Source of the DNA: Octopus bimaculoides
Taxonomy: Eukaryota
NCBI RefSeq assembly: GCF_001194135.2
Contig: NC_068989.1
Location: forward strand, 27,540,024 to 27,604,023
DNA: 64,000 nt
Direction: 5' to 3'
The translations under genes and the position numbers were made by a program. Below, piece after piece: positions 27,473-39,802 of the stretch (position 1 is its first letter; each line of letters begins with the position of its first letter). The notes below the pieces were generated by a model that ran no database searches, was not told the origin of the DNA, and worked only from the letters and a program-made list of their open reading frames with translations.

Positions 27473-27960
27473 CATAGTGTACTGTAAGTATTATTTAACA
27501 CGACGATCGTTTCATCTTACATCTGCCCTGCTCCCTTGAGGGTGGGGAACGATATAATGGAAGTGAATGCACCCCACAGTACAGAACAATCCTCATCGGA
27601 TTACGTAATACGCTACAGTGTTATAAGATGTATATTTCGCTAGTGTGTAGCAGGATGAAGTTGGCATGATACGTTCGTTTATAGTAGTTCACAAATCCAC
27701 TAATGAGTGAGAGTGGATAGTATAAGTTGGGAGAGTGGTAGGTACAAAACATCAAATACAAACAATAAATGGAAAGGCCACAGTCGCTTTTCAATGAAAA
27801 GCGCTCTAAAGGTTGTGGGGTTCTTTGATAGTTCGTTATGCGCATCATTCGTGGAAAGCGGTCGAGAATTTAGTGTGGGGGGGGGTCGCGTCTTTGGTCT
27901 TGGTATGCAGATGTAAGCCGAAACGAACGTCGTGCTAAATAAAGCTTAGAGTACATTCTG
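27473..27960. repeat. Inverted pair (27473-27526 / 27907-27960) carrying the 3' half of a hammerhead-like motif
   Basis: Arms match 45/54. Both read gcagatgtaag..GAAACGA(T/A)CGTC outward. Confidence 0.85.
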
Positions 27961-29309
27961 TCTTCAGTATCAATCATTTAAAATATACTAAACGTGCACC
28001 GAGGAATTTCTTAAGTATATCCTGCGACGATGCGCAGTACAATGCGGATGACACCTGGTCGCCTTTAGTGGTGGACGTGCTCTCAAGGAAGATACACTAC
28101 TAGGGAGATACACTACTAGGGAGATACCCCAAACAAGGTTTGGTTACTTCATTTAAAGTCTCCTATCTAAACTTCAATTAAGTGTCCCATCCGTGAACGA
28201 TCGATGCTAGATTTGTCGAGACAATTGTCCTGATTAATAATAAATTCTCGTTGATTCCATCTTCCGTCTTTCATTTACCATGTGTGTTTGTGTATTCTGC
28301 GTGTGTACGTGTGTGTGTTTGTATGCATTATTATGTATGTGAGAATGTACATATGCATATATACACATGAATATGTATGTGTGGATCTCGCTCGCTATGA
28401 ATTTGTATACGTACACAGAAATATTGAGGAAACTGCATATATAAACGTGTGTGTGAATGTTATAATACCTATTTCATCCTTCTTTCTCAGCACACCCGCA
28501 CACTCACACACATACACTAACACACGCATATGTATATACACACATACATATAATACAGACATACGCACGCTCGCACACATCCATGTATATATGTATATAA
28601 ACATATCTAACATGTAGTATGACATATTTTGTCATATCAAATTGGAAGAATTCTCGAATTATTTTTGGCAAGCGAAGAGGCAAACAGCAATTTTGGAAAT
28701 ATAGCTGTCAATCAAACAGCATATAGATTTTTTTTTTCTTCTCTTTACCCCTTAAAAGCTTTTAAGGAGCATTTTTATGCTGATATGATTCTTACATGTT
28801 GCGAAGAGATTCAATATAAATTACAAAAACGTATTTTTGGCTGTAATAGAACATATTTATGTTGCGTATGAATGTCAATAACTGAACTACTTCGATGCGA
28901 TTAATATCAATAATATAGATAATTTTTCCGTGTACATTTGCTACAAAAACATCTCAGCGATATTTGGTAAAGTAATCCATTTAGCTTATTTCTCATAAAA
29001 GACAGTATGGTCACGGTTGGAAAGCCTTTTATCAAATGCTTGCTCCATCAGGGCTTTCATGGGCCTGAAGAGCAGCAAAAGTCTTAATAGCAAATGACGG
29101 ACATTATGCAGTTATTCTAACTTATAGAGATCTGAAACATATCAGATATTAAACTACCAAAGTTTGTGTTCTTACGTGGAAATTGAGGTGACACATAGTA
29201 GAGTATGCAGACTTTGATATAGGAGAAACTGAGGTGGTCGTGGCTGGAGTGTCTTTGATGAGAGATTTGTCATATTTTACGTCAACATCTCCGAGAAAAA
29301 GAAGTGGTG

Positions 29310-29400
29310 GAAGAAGAAGAAGAAGAAGAAGAAGAAGAAGAAGAAGAAGAAGAAGAAGAAGAAGAAGAAGAAGAAGAAGAAGAAGAAGAAGAAGAAGAAG
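29310..29400 (+). repeat. (GAA)n trinucleotide tract, about 30 units
   Basis: Uninterrupted gaa run; explains the poly-Arg and poly-Ser ORFs. Confidence 0.98.
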
Positions 29401-29508
29401 GATAGCAACGGGGAAAAAGAAAATTATGATAGTGTAGAAAAAGGAGGAGAAAAGGTTGCCAAGAAAGGGCTCTCAAATAGAAATTGAATAAGGATCTTAG
29501 GAAACATA

Positions 29509-29574
<66 letters not shown>

Positions 29575-32259
29575 CTGTACTATTTATTGTTGTTGTTGTT
29601 GTCTATGTTGATGTTCCATAGGTATCACTGAGAAGAGGAAATCAAGAAGAAAACTTGAAAGTAGAAAATGATGAACAGAATGAAATAAACAAGCCAAGCA
29701 ACAAAGGAAAAGTGAACAACAATAGTAAAGAAACAAACAAACACACACACAAACAAACAAACAAAACCTAGCAATACGGCGTTACAAACAATTGAATAAA
29801 ACAGGTCAAACTATGTGAGGTGGATAAAAAGAAGTAAAGATGATTTCGCTACCAATGGATTAGTTTATGAGAGACAATTTCAATGTTAAGCCTCCGTATC
29901 CAATCACCAATTAGACAATCGATAACTTTTTTGTTCTTGTTTTATTTGGGTATTTACAAATTTTGTCGCAATGAAGATAACCAGTAAAGTGAAGTGAAAA
30001 TTGACCCACCCCAGGCACACACCCACACCTCTTCTAAGTTTCATTTGTATGCATTTCTAAACAGTTGTTTTTTCATTGATTTAAATTCAATAAGACACAC
30101 CTAATGGCCGTCGAGCCAATAAGAGTGCCTCTGCGTTACTGCTAAAGCTGCTAGAAGCTAAATCTCACTCAAATCACAACATACGTCTATAAAAAATACA
30201 TCACTTTGAACATTGTAGTCTAGGCGGACTATCTCGCTAAAGGCACGAGTCGTAGTCTTTAAAATTGATTGTCCATTGGAAAATGTATTTCTAAATGCAC
30301 TATATCTAAAAAAAAAACGGTATGGTCATGACTGGAAAGCCTTTTAATCATACGCTTTCTTGATCAAGGTTGTGATGACCTTAGGACAACAACCAAAACC
30401 TTAGAATAGTTTGTCTTTGTATTTATTTAATGTGAAGTAAATATCATATCGGACAAGATGAATAATTAACATGAAAATCCTTACAGTTAATAGTTTCAAT
30501 ATTGCAGGCAACTGTTTTATATTTTGGGTAGTATTCCTAACGAGCTTGTTTTAACGCCACCACCACCAATAACACCTGGTTCTTACAGTATTTAACAATG
30601 TTCAGTCTGTTTCGAGCTATCGAATCCTACCTCCCCATCGACAGTTTCTTCTCAGCTCATGTTGCTTTCTACTAACCATTGATCTGCAGATATTGGCAGC
30701 CTGTTAGGCGCTACTAAAAAGGTCATGGGCACACCCCTCCTTCTCTGATTAACTTATAAAAAACTCCTACATGAAATAATTTGTTTAGCTTCTTGTTTTG
30801 CGAACCAGCCATCACGCTTAAAAGAGATTATAATCAATATTGCTCCTACGAAATAAGAAACCTGTTATTTGTTGCTAAGGTATTAAAGTCTGAGATGTTT
30901 TGGGGAGATGAAATTAAATTACGTGATATACATGCTTTTCTTAAGAATAGTATTGACTTTAAACAAGTACAGTTGTTAATCTAGCTGATACTGTATTAAG
31001 CTCTAAACACTGGTGACATTTATTCAGCAACTGTCTACTACCCACAAAAGTCTCAACCTTAGTGAATCGAAACAATATGCAAACAAAGTTAATCCCACAA
31101 GGTGTGATAGCAGAATACAGGTAATCACTGAATCTGGTACCGCTCAACGTCTTCTGCCTTCCAATAACCAACTATCAGCAAATACAGATGTTTAATCCTG
31201 GAGAGAGATTACAGATTTCTGCAGGCCAGTGGGAGCCTTATTTAAAATGATTCTAATGTTACACCGTTATGTATTCTGAGACCAGAATTTTTTGGAATAA
31301 GGATAATTTCCTCAGGGCTTGAACTCGAAATGGAATGGTGCAGTAAATTTCCTTCGTCACTTAATCGTTTCTAACACTAATCGTCGTAACTAGAATTGAT
31401 AGTGATTGGATTTCATTCACTTCTTTATTTTCAGTTTATTTATTTTTTTATCGTTCCTTCTATCCTCAATGTAGCACTAAACTAGAAATTTAGGAAACAT
31501 TTTTTCCAACATATATCCGTACTTGTCAACAGCGGTTAATGGAATTGAAGAATTTATCTACTTAGAAATTCTTAAAAGACTTCCATGTATAACATCATAC
31601 TCACGTTAAATGATTAAGTTCAAGAGTTGCCCACATCTTAACACAATCATATTACTAGTACTTTCGGTAAAGTTACGTGGGAGGAAATCATACAATTGCT
31701 ACGTTACCATAGCTTAACCAATACCATTCATGGATAGATTCTACTCGGTTTGGTTAGCAGAATATGGAAAAATTGAAGCAAGCGATATTTAAACGTCTCC
31801 ACTTCCCCATTCTTCAAATTACTACTCTTCAAAGAACATTATAATAGCGAACACTGTTTCACCATTGCATGTACTGTACTCCGTCTACAGAATCAGCTGC
31901 TACTGCTGTTTTTGGTAGTATTCCACCAACCTACAACAAAATTTAACCTTGAAAACGTCAATATTGTTGACGTAATCCATATCCTCTCTTAAAAACACTA
32001 CACCTATTTTATGGATTTATTTAGACATTAATTTATTTAAAATATCATTGTGTATGTGTTGGTGTGCATATGTGTCTCTGTTAGGGAGATGTATGTGTGC
32101 GCATGTATCTGTGTGTATATGCACACACATCTATATATGCATGTATGTATATACATATATATAATAAATATATATACACGTAAATATGTGTATATGTGTA
32201 CTCTATATATAAATGCATATTCATATATGTGTAAATATATATACATATATAGATAGATA

Positions 32260-32320
<61 letters not shown>

Positions 32321-32676
32321 GCATGTATATATACACACACGCACAAACATATATGCGTGTTGTCTGTTTTATACATGTATGCTGGAGTATATGTTTTTCT
32401 GTAAATGGGTGTGTGAATATGTGAGTATTTATGCATTTATTGATTTAATCATTCGTCAAAGTGTTTTGCGAGATATTAAGTCAAATGGCACTTAACGAAA
32501 CAGCTTCATTTCTAGTTTCTCATATTAGTTGCAGGTCTGTCTCTGTTAATTCCCTCACAGAATGGCAGGTACATCCTTGAAAATCACTCCTGCGTAACAC
32601 GTTTAATGATTCTGTATCACCTTGGAAAGTTTACCATTATCATTATTATTATTATCATTATTATCACCAATATCAC

Positions 32677-32731
<55 letters not shown>

Positions 32732-33239
32732 GTAATCATCATCATTATCATTATCATCATCATCATCCTCATCATCAACTCTCGGTAACATATAGCAAAA
32801 ATGTAAAACAGGAATGATCACTTTTTATTTTGTAATGTTTTGAGTATTGATTTTTGACTTTTCTTTCCATCTTAATGATATGGTGGTGTGCTATGGCTCA
32901 TTTGGAGAGATATTTTTCTTGCTCTTGTTTTCTGTATATATTTTGGAGTGATATTGATGTAGTCTAATACTGCTTTGAATTCTGTACAAACGCATGGGAT
33001 GGTTGCTAAGAAGCTATGCTTACAAAAAACGCGATTTCATGTTCCACTCCATGTCTGAGCACTATAGGTATGTGAATTAGGAATATGAGGGATAGAATAT
33101 GCTGAGGATTCAGATGTGTTCGTTGGTACAAAGACATACACGCGCGCACGCACACACATATTACTTAATAAATCGTGTGATATACACCTGGTAGTTTACT
33201 GGTAAGGCACGTTCACCCTGAGTGTTGGTTGGGTATTCG

Positions 33240-34389
33240 ATTAATGATATTGACGAAATATGAAAGATACGAAAATCTTTCTTGTTTACAACGATTATTT
33301 CGACCCATCTAGTATCGATCCTTCGTTGGTGGCATTCTGAATATTTGGTGTCGGTTCATCCCTCTGTGTAGATGTATCTCCTCGTGTGATTTCAATAGGT
33401 ATCTTGTTAAAATAAACTGTTTCTGAAGATTGCCTCTTGGTCTTCGTATATCGAAGTGGCAAATTACGGTATACAACTTCATTCTTATAGAATATCGATA
33501 ACAAATATCAGATACAAAAAGAAGCGAATGCACAGCACAGCTAAACGTGTATTAGATACAAGCGTTAGTAGATTAGATGTACAATCACTCACACATACGT
33601 GCTCTGGCACACGTATATTCGATCGTACAAACGCACACGCACATACATGCACACATACACGCATGATTTGGTGCACATACGCTCGCACACAGAATTAAGT
33701 AGATATTAATAATGCCAGTGGCTATTACTGGCTAGTGATACGACTCCGGTTAGTGAGCAGTCACAGATTATGTTGTGCAATTCACTGGCTCTAGTAAGTA
33801 TTCATTTTACAGTTGTACAGTCATAAATACGAACATAAATACTGACATTTGTAGATGTATATTTTCTGAATGCCTAAGGAAATAGCCGAGAGCCTGTAGA
33901 AAGCATCAATGTCAGGGATCACCATTGCAGATAGGTGTAGTTTTTGTTTTGCATTTGTATCCGTCGGTGAGGGATATTGAGACTCAAGTTGGTATTTTTC
34001 TCACTTTAAACACAGTAAACAATAGCCAAGGTGAATCCCAGTGATATTGGTAATTAGTGTGACATTGTGTTTATAAGAATACGGAGGTTGCTATTATTCA
34101 TCCATATATTTCGGTAAAGTGTGGTAGTTAATTTAGTTAACGATTACTCTAATTCATGTCCACTGTATTGTGCTAAATTGCATTTAGTAGCATGCAAACA
34201 ACCTGATAGTCTTTCCGAAATCTTGTTAATGAGAAATCTTGTCTCCCGAGGAGACACATCTACACTGGGGGATGCACCTAAACCAGACATTCAGAATACC
34301 ACCCGCGTGAAATCGAGGTTAGATGGTCAAAACAACTGTAGTGACTAACGAAGTCTCTCGTATCTTCCATGTTCCGTCACTCTCATTAA

Positions 34390-34390
<1 letters not shown>
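33240..34390. repeat. Diverged inverted pair (33240-33384 / 34247-34390)
   Basis: About 108/145 identity with one gap, by hand alignment. Weaker similarity continues on both sides. Confidence 0.85.
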
Positions 34391-34422
<32 letters not shown>

Positions 34423-34671
34423 NNNNNNNNNNNNNNNNNNNNNNNNNNNNNNNNNNNNNNNNNNNNNNNNNNNNNNNNNNNNNNNNNNNNNNNNNNNNNN
34501 NNNNNNNNNNNNNNNNATATATATATTTCTGTTTGAATCAGAGGTTGAGAAACCAACTAAGGGATAGTACCTATATAATATACTGCTGGTAGTGTACTCA
34601 GTTATTCTTACCCAAGTGCTAGTGGAGAGTATCCTGGCGATTTTGTATCCTCTCCACTTTCTTATTTGCCG

Positions 34672-34704
<33 letters not shown>

Positions 34705-34948
34705 ATTATACATATATATATTTTAAAATATTGCTTTTCTAAATCTCTCAGAGAGACTTATACAGCAGCAGTACGATAAAGTGATGGTTTGTTGCCAACT
34801 TAATGTGGCAGTCCCAGGAAAGGGAAGAATGATACTGCTATTTAGCCCCAGGAAACATCGTTTCCATTTGGTTACGTGACACAAGCGTTGTGTGTACTGA
34901 AACTTCCAAACAGGAGAGATAAGCACTTCTAACCAGCAAATCCAGCAA

Positions 34949-34989
34949 CCAGAGACTAGTTTCAGAGTTATTGCACTTCATGAGTCTGG
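34949..34989 (-). ncRNA. Minimal type-I hammerhead ribozyme motif, one core mutation
   Basis: Minus strand: ccaga CTCATGA agtgcaataactct GAAA C-TA-G TC tctgg. Stem I is 5 bp and perfect, stem III is the palindrome ACTAGT, triplet GUC. Core G5 is replaced by C. Confidence 0.65.
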
Positions 34990-35389
34990 AGTAGTTTGGC
35001 TATATATATTTGATTATTGCCAAAGGACCGAAACAATCCACAGCCTTTTCATATCTTGCCAAAAATCCTAAGGGATCTACCCGGGTTCGAGTAGATCTAT
35101 TTTAAGAAGCACCTTGGTCGTCTGCTGTCCAAGATCCAAAATGAGCTTATATCACATCCCTGCAAAGTAACTCAGATCAGTGTAGCATCATCAAACTCCC
35201 TAATCCATCAAGCCAACGAATGAAAATCCCTACTTGATTGGTTATACAAATGACACTATCCCTGCATGTTTACAGGCATTTGGATAGAATACATACAAAT
35301 ACATACAAAATAGGAATATATCCACATGTGTATTGTTTGCGATTTTTTACTCCGTTTTCCTTCTCTCTTGGACTGTTCTTCCGTTTCCT

Positions 35390-35424
35390 GTTTCTGACGA
35401 AGAGCTTTGCTCGAAATATAGAAC
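35390..35424 (+). ncRNA. Minimal type-I hammerhead ribozyme motif
   Basis: gttt CTGACGA a GAGC ttt GCTC GAAA TATA gaac. Intact core, 4-bp stem II, 4-bp stem I with one GU, no intramolecular stem III (palindromic ATAT). Confidence 0.7.
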
Positions 35425-35662
35425 TACTTTTCTTTCCTTCCCTGAGCGTCTGCTAATAATCTGCATGTACCATGTCCTCGCGTTGTTGTTTTTTCTTGTG
35501 TATTACCTCGTTTTGAGGAGGGGAAGTGGGTTTAATTATATGCAGTTAGATTCAGATGAATTAGGTACTTAAGTTGAGGCACCAGAATTCAGTATGGTAT
35601 TATTCATACAGTTTCAAAATACGGTGATTAAAATCAAAATAAGGAAAGGCTATCCAGAGGTA

Positions 35663-35750
35663 ATGCAGTACGATCGTTTCAACCGACTCCATTTAATTGA
35701 AAAATGCAACTATTACACCAATTTAAAAGCAGAGCAATCCTCAGCTGCAT
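35663..35750 (-). ncRNA. Minimal type-I hammerhead ribozyme motif with long stem-loop II
   Basis: Minus strand: atgcag CTGAGGA [57 nt] GAAA C-GATC-G TA ctgcat. Stem I is 6 bp and perfect, palindrome ACGATCGT, triplet GUA. The base of stem II is non-canonical (U/U). Confidence 0.75.
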
Positions 35751-37052
35751 AAATACATCGAATTAAATTAAATTAAACATGGACAAATTAGTATAATTTT
35801 ACCTAAAATCTCCAAGAAGGTAAAGAGATAGATAAAGAACATCATGTCTTCACTTCAGCTTAGAAGCTACTAAGGTAGCAGGAAAAACGACCTGTTAGAG
35901 ATCTAGCTTGTCACTTTTTTTCTGGGTCAGTTTTAATTTATAGTCTTGTTTATCAAATCTTTGTATATCAAAATCTAAGGCCAAAGAACAACGAGCAGTG
36001 TCTGTTAGGTAAGGGGCTGAGGGAGCCGACAGAAATCATAGTGGGTATAGTCATAAAACTATCAAGATTTATTTGGAGCAATATATTGAGATTTGGTAAA
36101 GGAAATCTTAAATCAAGATGTTAGCTGACAATTAAATGGCCAAGACTCTAGAAAACCAACGATAATAATACAGGGGAAATTTTATTATGGAGTACTATAG
36201 TTATATATTTTAAAACAATATTACCATATTGTATAAAGTTAAAATTTAAGGGTATCAAGAAGATTATTAAGAAGAATATTATAACAAAGGATAAAATATT
36301 TTTGAATACTTTTGAGTAATATACCAAATTTTACCACACTAAAAGGAGGAAAAAATTACATAGAAATAGTTTAATATTTATACATATATATTTAAATATT
36401 AAGTTATTCTAATAACTTAATATCTATGAAGATTGATGATTGGCATTTACTGGTATTTAATAAAAAAAGTACTGAGGTGAAAGAAAATGCAAATCATATA
36501 TTAATTAAATTATAATCTAAGCAGTTTATTTTAAGTTGTGAAGATACCGATATTTTTTATATAAGCTAAGCATGAATTTATAGGGGTACAAAAATTACGT
36601 TTATATCATAACGGCTATTATAAAATAATAAAATGATCTGGTAGGGTAGAACACCATAGAAAAGGAATAAGATAGCTTACTCACTAAAACCAGTATGTAT
36701 GCCTTATTAACATCAATAGAGAAGATATATAGAAAATGTATAATGATTTAAGTATTTAAGCTAAAAATTGTTTATTTATTTTTTTATCTTGTATCAATAA
36801 AGACTGATACCTGGTTTCAACTAAAGGAATATTGATGTTATAGCACACGCTAACTATGTACTAATTATAAACAAAGAGGTATATTATAGATTTTAAAAGT
36901 TGTTAGTGTTACTGCACATGATATTATAGTTTCTTGGGGGTACTTAATTAGAAGGGCTACTTTCATAAAGGCCCTTATAAATACTAAGATCAGGCGGGTG
37001 GAACACTATAAGAAAGGGATAAATTAAGTAATTACTAAAACCATTTTAAACA

Positions 37053-37144
37053 ATTGCTCTGCATTTAAATTGATGTAATGGTTGCATTGTTCAATTAAAT
37101 AGAGTCGCTTGAAACGACCGCACTGCATTACCTCTCGATATCCT
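37053..37144 (+). repeat. Inverted copy of 35647-35738, a 5'-truncated hammerhead lacking CTGAGG
   Basis: 82/92 identity to the reverse complement of 35647-35738; GAAACGACCGCActgcat. Confidence 0.92.
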
Positions 37145-38469
37145 GTTGCTTATTTTGATTTATATATGTATATATATATATATANNNNNNNNNNNNNNNN
37201 NNNNNNNNNNNNNNNNNNNNNNNNNNNNNNNNNNNNNNNNNNNNNNNNNNNNNNNNNNNNNNNNNNNNNNNNNNNNNNNNNNNNNNNNNNNNNNNNNNNN
37301 NNNNNNNNNNNNNNNNNNNNNNNNNNNNNNNNNNNNNNNNNNNNNNNNNNNNNNNNNNNNNNNNNNNNNNNNNNNNNNNNNNNNNNNNNNNNNNNNNNNN
37401 NNNNNNNNNNNNNNNNNNNNNNNNNNNNNNNNNNNNNNATGTGTGTGTGTGGGGGGGGGGTGCGTGTATGTGTAATTTTTGTATTTGGTGTGCAATTTCA
37501 TGATGCGAACTCGTGTGGTGAAACAAACTGTATCTTGGGAGGAGCATTGTGCCAATAACAATAAACATGCCCAGTGATTCAATTCCGTTTCTTTATTGTT
37601 AATGTATTGGTTTATTATTTAACCAACCAACTATTTGATTGCTTGTTTAATCCGTTGGGTAAACAATCAATCAGTTGTTTGTGGAATTATCTTCATCGCC
37701 ATTTACGATAACAGCTTTGAAATAATAGTGAGATATTTATACATTACTTAATTTAACCGACAAAAGCTTGTGCAAACTTTTTCCCCTCTCTCCCTCACCA
37801 TAGTACTTTCTATTGGCAAGCATTGCAAGATGACAAACATTATTTTGATTACAAGTTCTATGTCAGAGTATCTTACACCGTGAAGAGCTACCTTCACTAT
37901 AGTTGTATCAAAAACCATTTAACCCAGAGATGAGATACTGATAGATATAGTAATTAAGGAGTAACTCCACGCTGCTCACAACTCCAGAACTACCGAACTG
38001 GAGCCTCTCTAACAGAGGTAGTTTAATGTCATACACAGGAAATATATTTTTTTGCACATACGTGAACACACACGCACGCACATGCACACACATACACACA
38101 CATATAATTATAAATATATATATATAGATAGATACAGATTTAGATATAGATATATATATTCACGCGTGCGCCCATACTTGTGGTCACGTTTTTTACTGTA
38201 ATATATATATTTGTTCTGCAACATAGTGCTTTGACTAACTGGGTTGATTTAGATAGGTACCAGATTGAAGTAAGTGCAGGGGATCAACTTAATCAACTAA
38301 AAGGTTTGAAGACGGCACCACAACATGGTTTTATTACAACGAATGACAGACAGAAGAGTAAAAGTAGACAGATAGAGAGGCAGAGCGACAGAGGCAGAGA
38401 GGCAGAGAGACAGAGAGAGACAGAGACAGATAGAAACAGAGAGAGAGAGAGTGTGTGTGTGTGTGTGTA

Positions 38470-38573
<104 letters not shown>

Positions 38574-38712
38574 GTTGCTGTGCATGATGTTCTTATTAAT
38601 TTTAAAAGATTCATTTGGACAGTAGACGAGACATTGTTTCATGCGCTTTCCATTAGCACTTTAAAGACAATCTCCTTGGTATATACATACACACGCATAT
38701 TCATATTAACAA

Positions 38713-39802
38713 CTAGATACCCGGCGTTGTTCGGGATTGAAATGTCATAGTTTGTATATATACCACAATTTTGTTGAAACAGGGGATACGGAAAGTGCAG
38801 CATTGACGACATGATCGTTGTGGAGTAAATAACGAGCTAATTCGAATGAGTAATATGTCATGCGTCCGTGTTTGGAGTATTGTAGATCCTAACTTGTCAT
38901 GGAAAATTAGGGATGGGAGTATGTGCCTGCCGTTGCTGACTTTGAGAAAGTCATATCTCGCTTCTCTCTTTAGACTCCACATGACGTGGTGCAGCATGCC
39001 TTTGCTGATCATGAGAAAGTCTCATCTTACGTCTGTCTTGAGGCTCCATTTGAAGTACTGCGGCATGCTTTGCTGATGTTGAGAATGTTTCATCTCACTT
39101 CCTTTTGACGTACTGCAGTATGCATTTACTGGTGTTAAGAAAGTTTCCTCTCCATTCACACTTGAAACTTCATTCGACGAGCTGCAGCATGCCTTTTGCT
39201 GATCTTAAGAAAGTCTCATCTCGCTTCTGTCTTGAGACTCTATTTGATGTGCTGCTGCATAACTTTGTTGATCTTCGTAAAGTCTCATCTCCTTTCTCTC
39301 TTGACACTACATACGACGCGCTGCAGCATGTATTTGCTGATCTTGTGAAAGTCTTCTGAAAGTAAATGCGTATTTTTATATACTTTGGACCTGTCACCTA
39401 ATTGTTTTTGTCAAAAGTTTCACCTCTCGCCGTTCGTTATGTCAGTCAACACACATACACTGACACACCATTCTGCTGTCATGGTGGTAAAGACAGAAAG
39501 TTGCCGATGCGTAATGTTATTCACATTAGGATATACAGTAAAATTATAAGTAAAAGAATAAAAGTGTAACAATATGTTGGCTTAGAATGAAAGTTGAAAG
39601 AATAAAAGTGAAACAATATTATATGATATTACAATGTAGATCTTATTCTTTCAATTTTGACACGTAATAGCGAACCAGTGCCAATGTTATATTTTTTGAT
39701 CCGGGGTCTGACAATATTATCTTTTAAAATTTAATTTGATTTAATTCGAACCGTTTTAGAAAGCATAGGGAACAGACGGACACAGAATTTTATATATCTA
39801 GA
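38713..39802 (-). mobile_element. Non-autonomous (internally deleted) Helitron
   Basis: Minus strand begins TCtagatatataaaatt and ends with hairpin cccgaacaacgccggg just before CTAG followed by T. Contains decayed RepHel N-terminal repeats. Confidence 0.85.
38935..39355 (-). repeat. Degenerate 69-bp tandem array, about 6 units, encoding a decayed 23-aa repeat
   Basis: Unit starts at 38935, 39004, 39072, 39128, 39198, 39267, 39336. Minus translation RLSQDQQIHAAARRM*CQERKEM / RLYEDQQSYAAAHQIESQDRSEM / RLSHDQQRHAAPRHVESKERSEI. Confidence 0.9.

Noticed and set aside
29234-29476. Poly-Arg (protamine-like) and poly-Ser ORFs
   Set aside because: Both are readings of a pure (GAA)n tract.
32603-32821. 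Poly-Asp and poly-Ile ORFs
   Set aside because: Readings of an (ATC/ATT)n microsatellite.
35950-37050. NUMT, or an ORF in an alternative genetic code (TAA/TAG=Gln, TGA=Trp)
   Set aside because: No mitochondrial gene motif is recognisable in either strand, and all three stop types occur. Reassigning them gives no recognisable protein. Kept only as an unexplained segment.
38935-39355. CRISPR-like periodic array
   Set aside because: Whole units are homologous with no unique spacers; the period is 23 codons, it sits inside a Helitron, and the context is eukaryotic with no cas genes.
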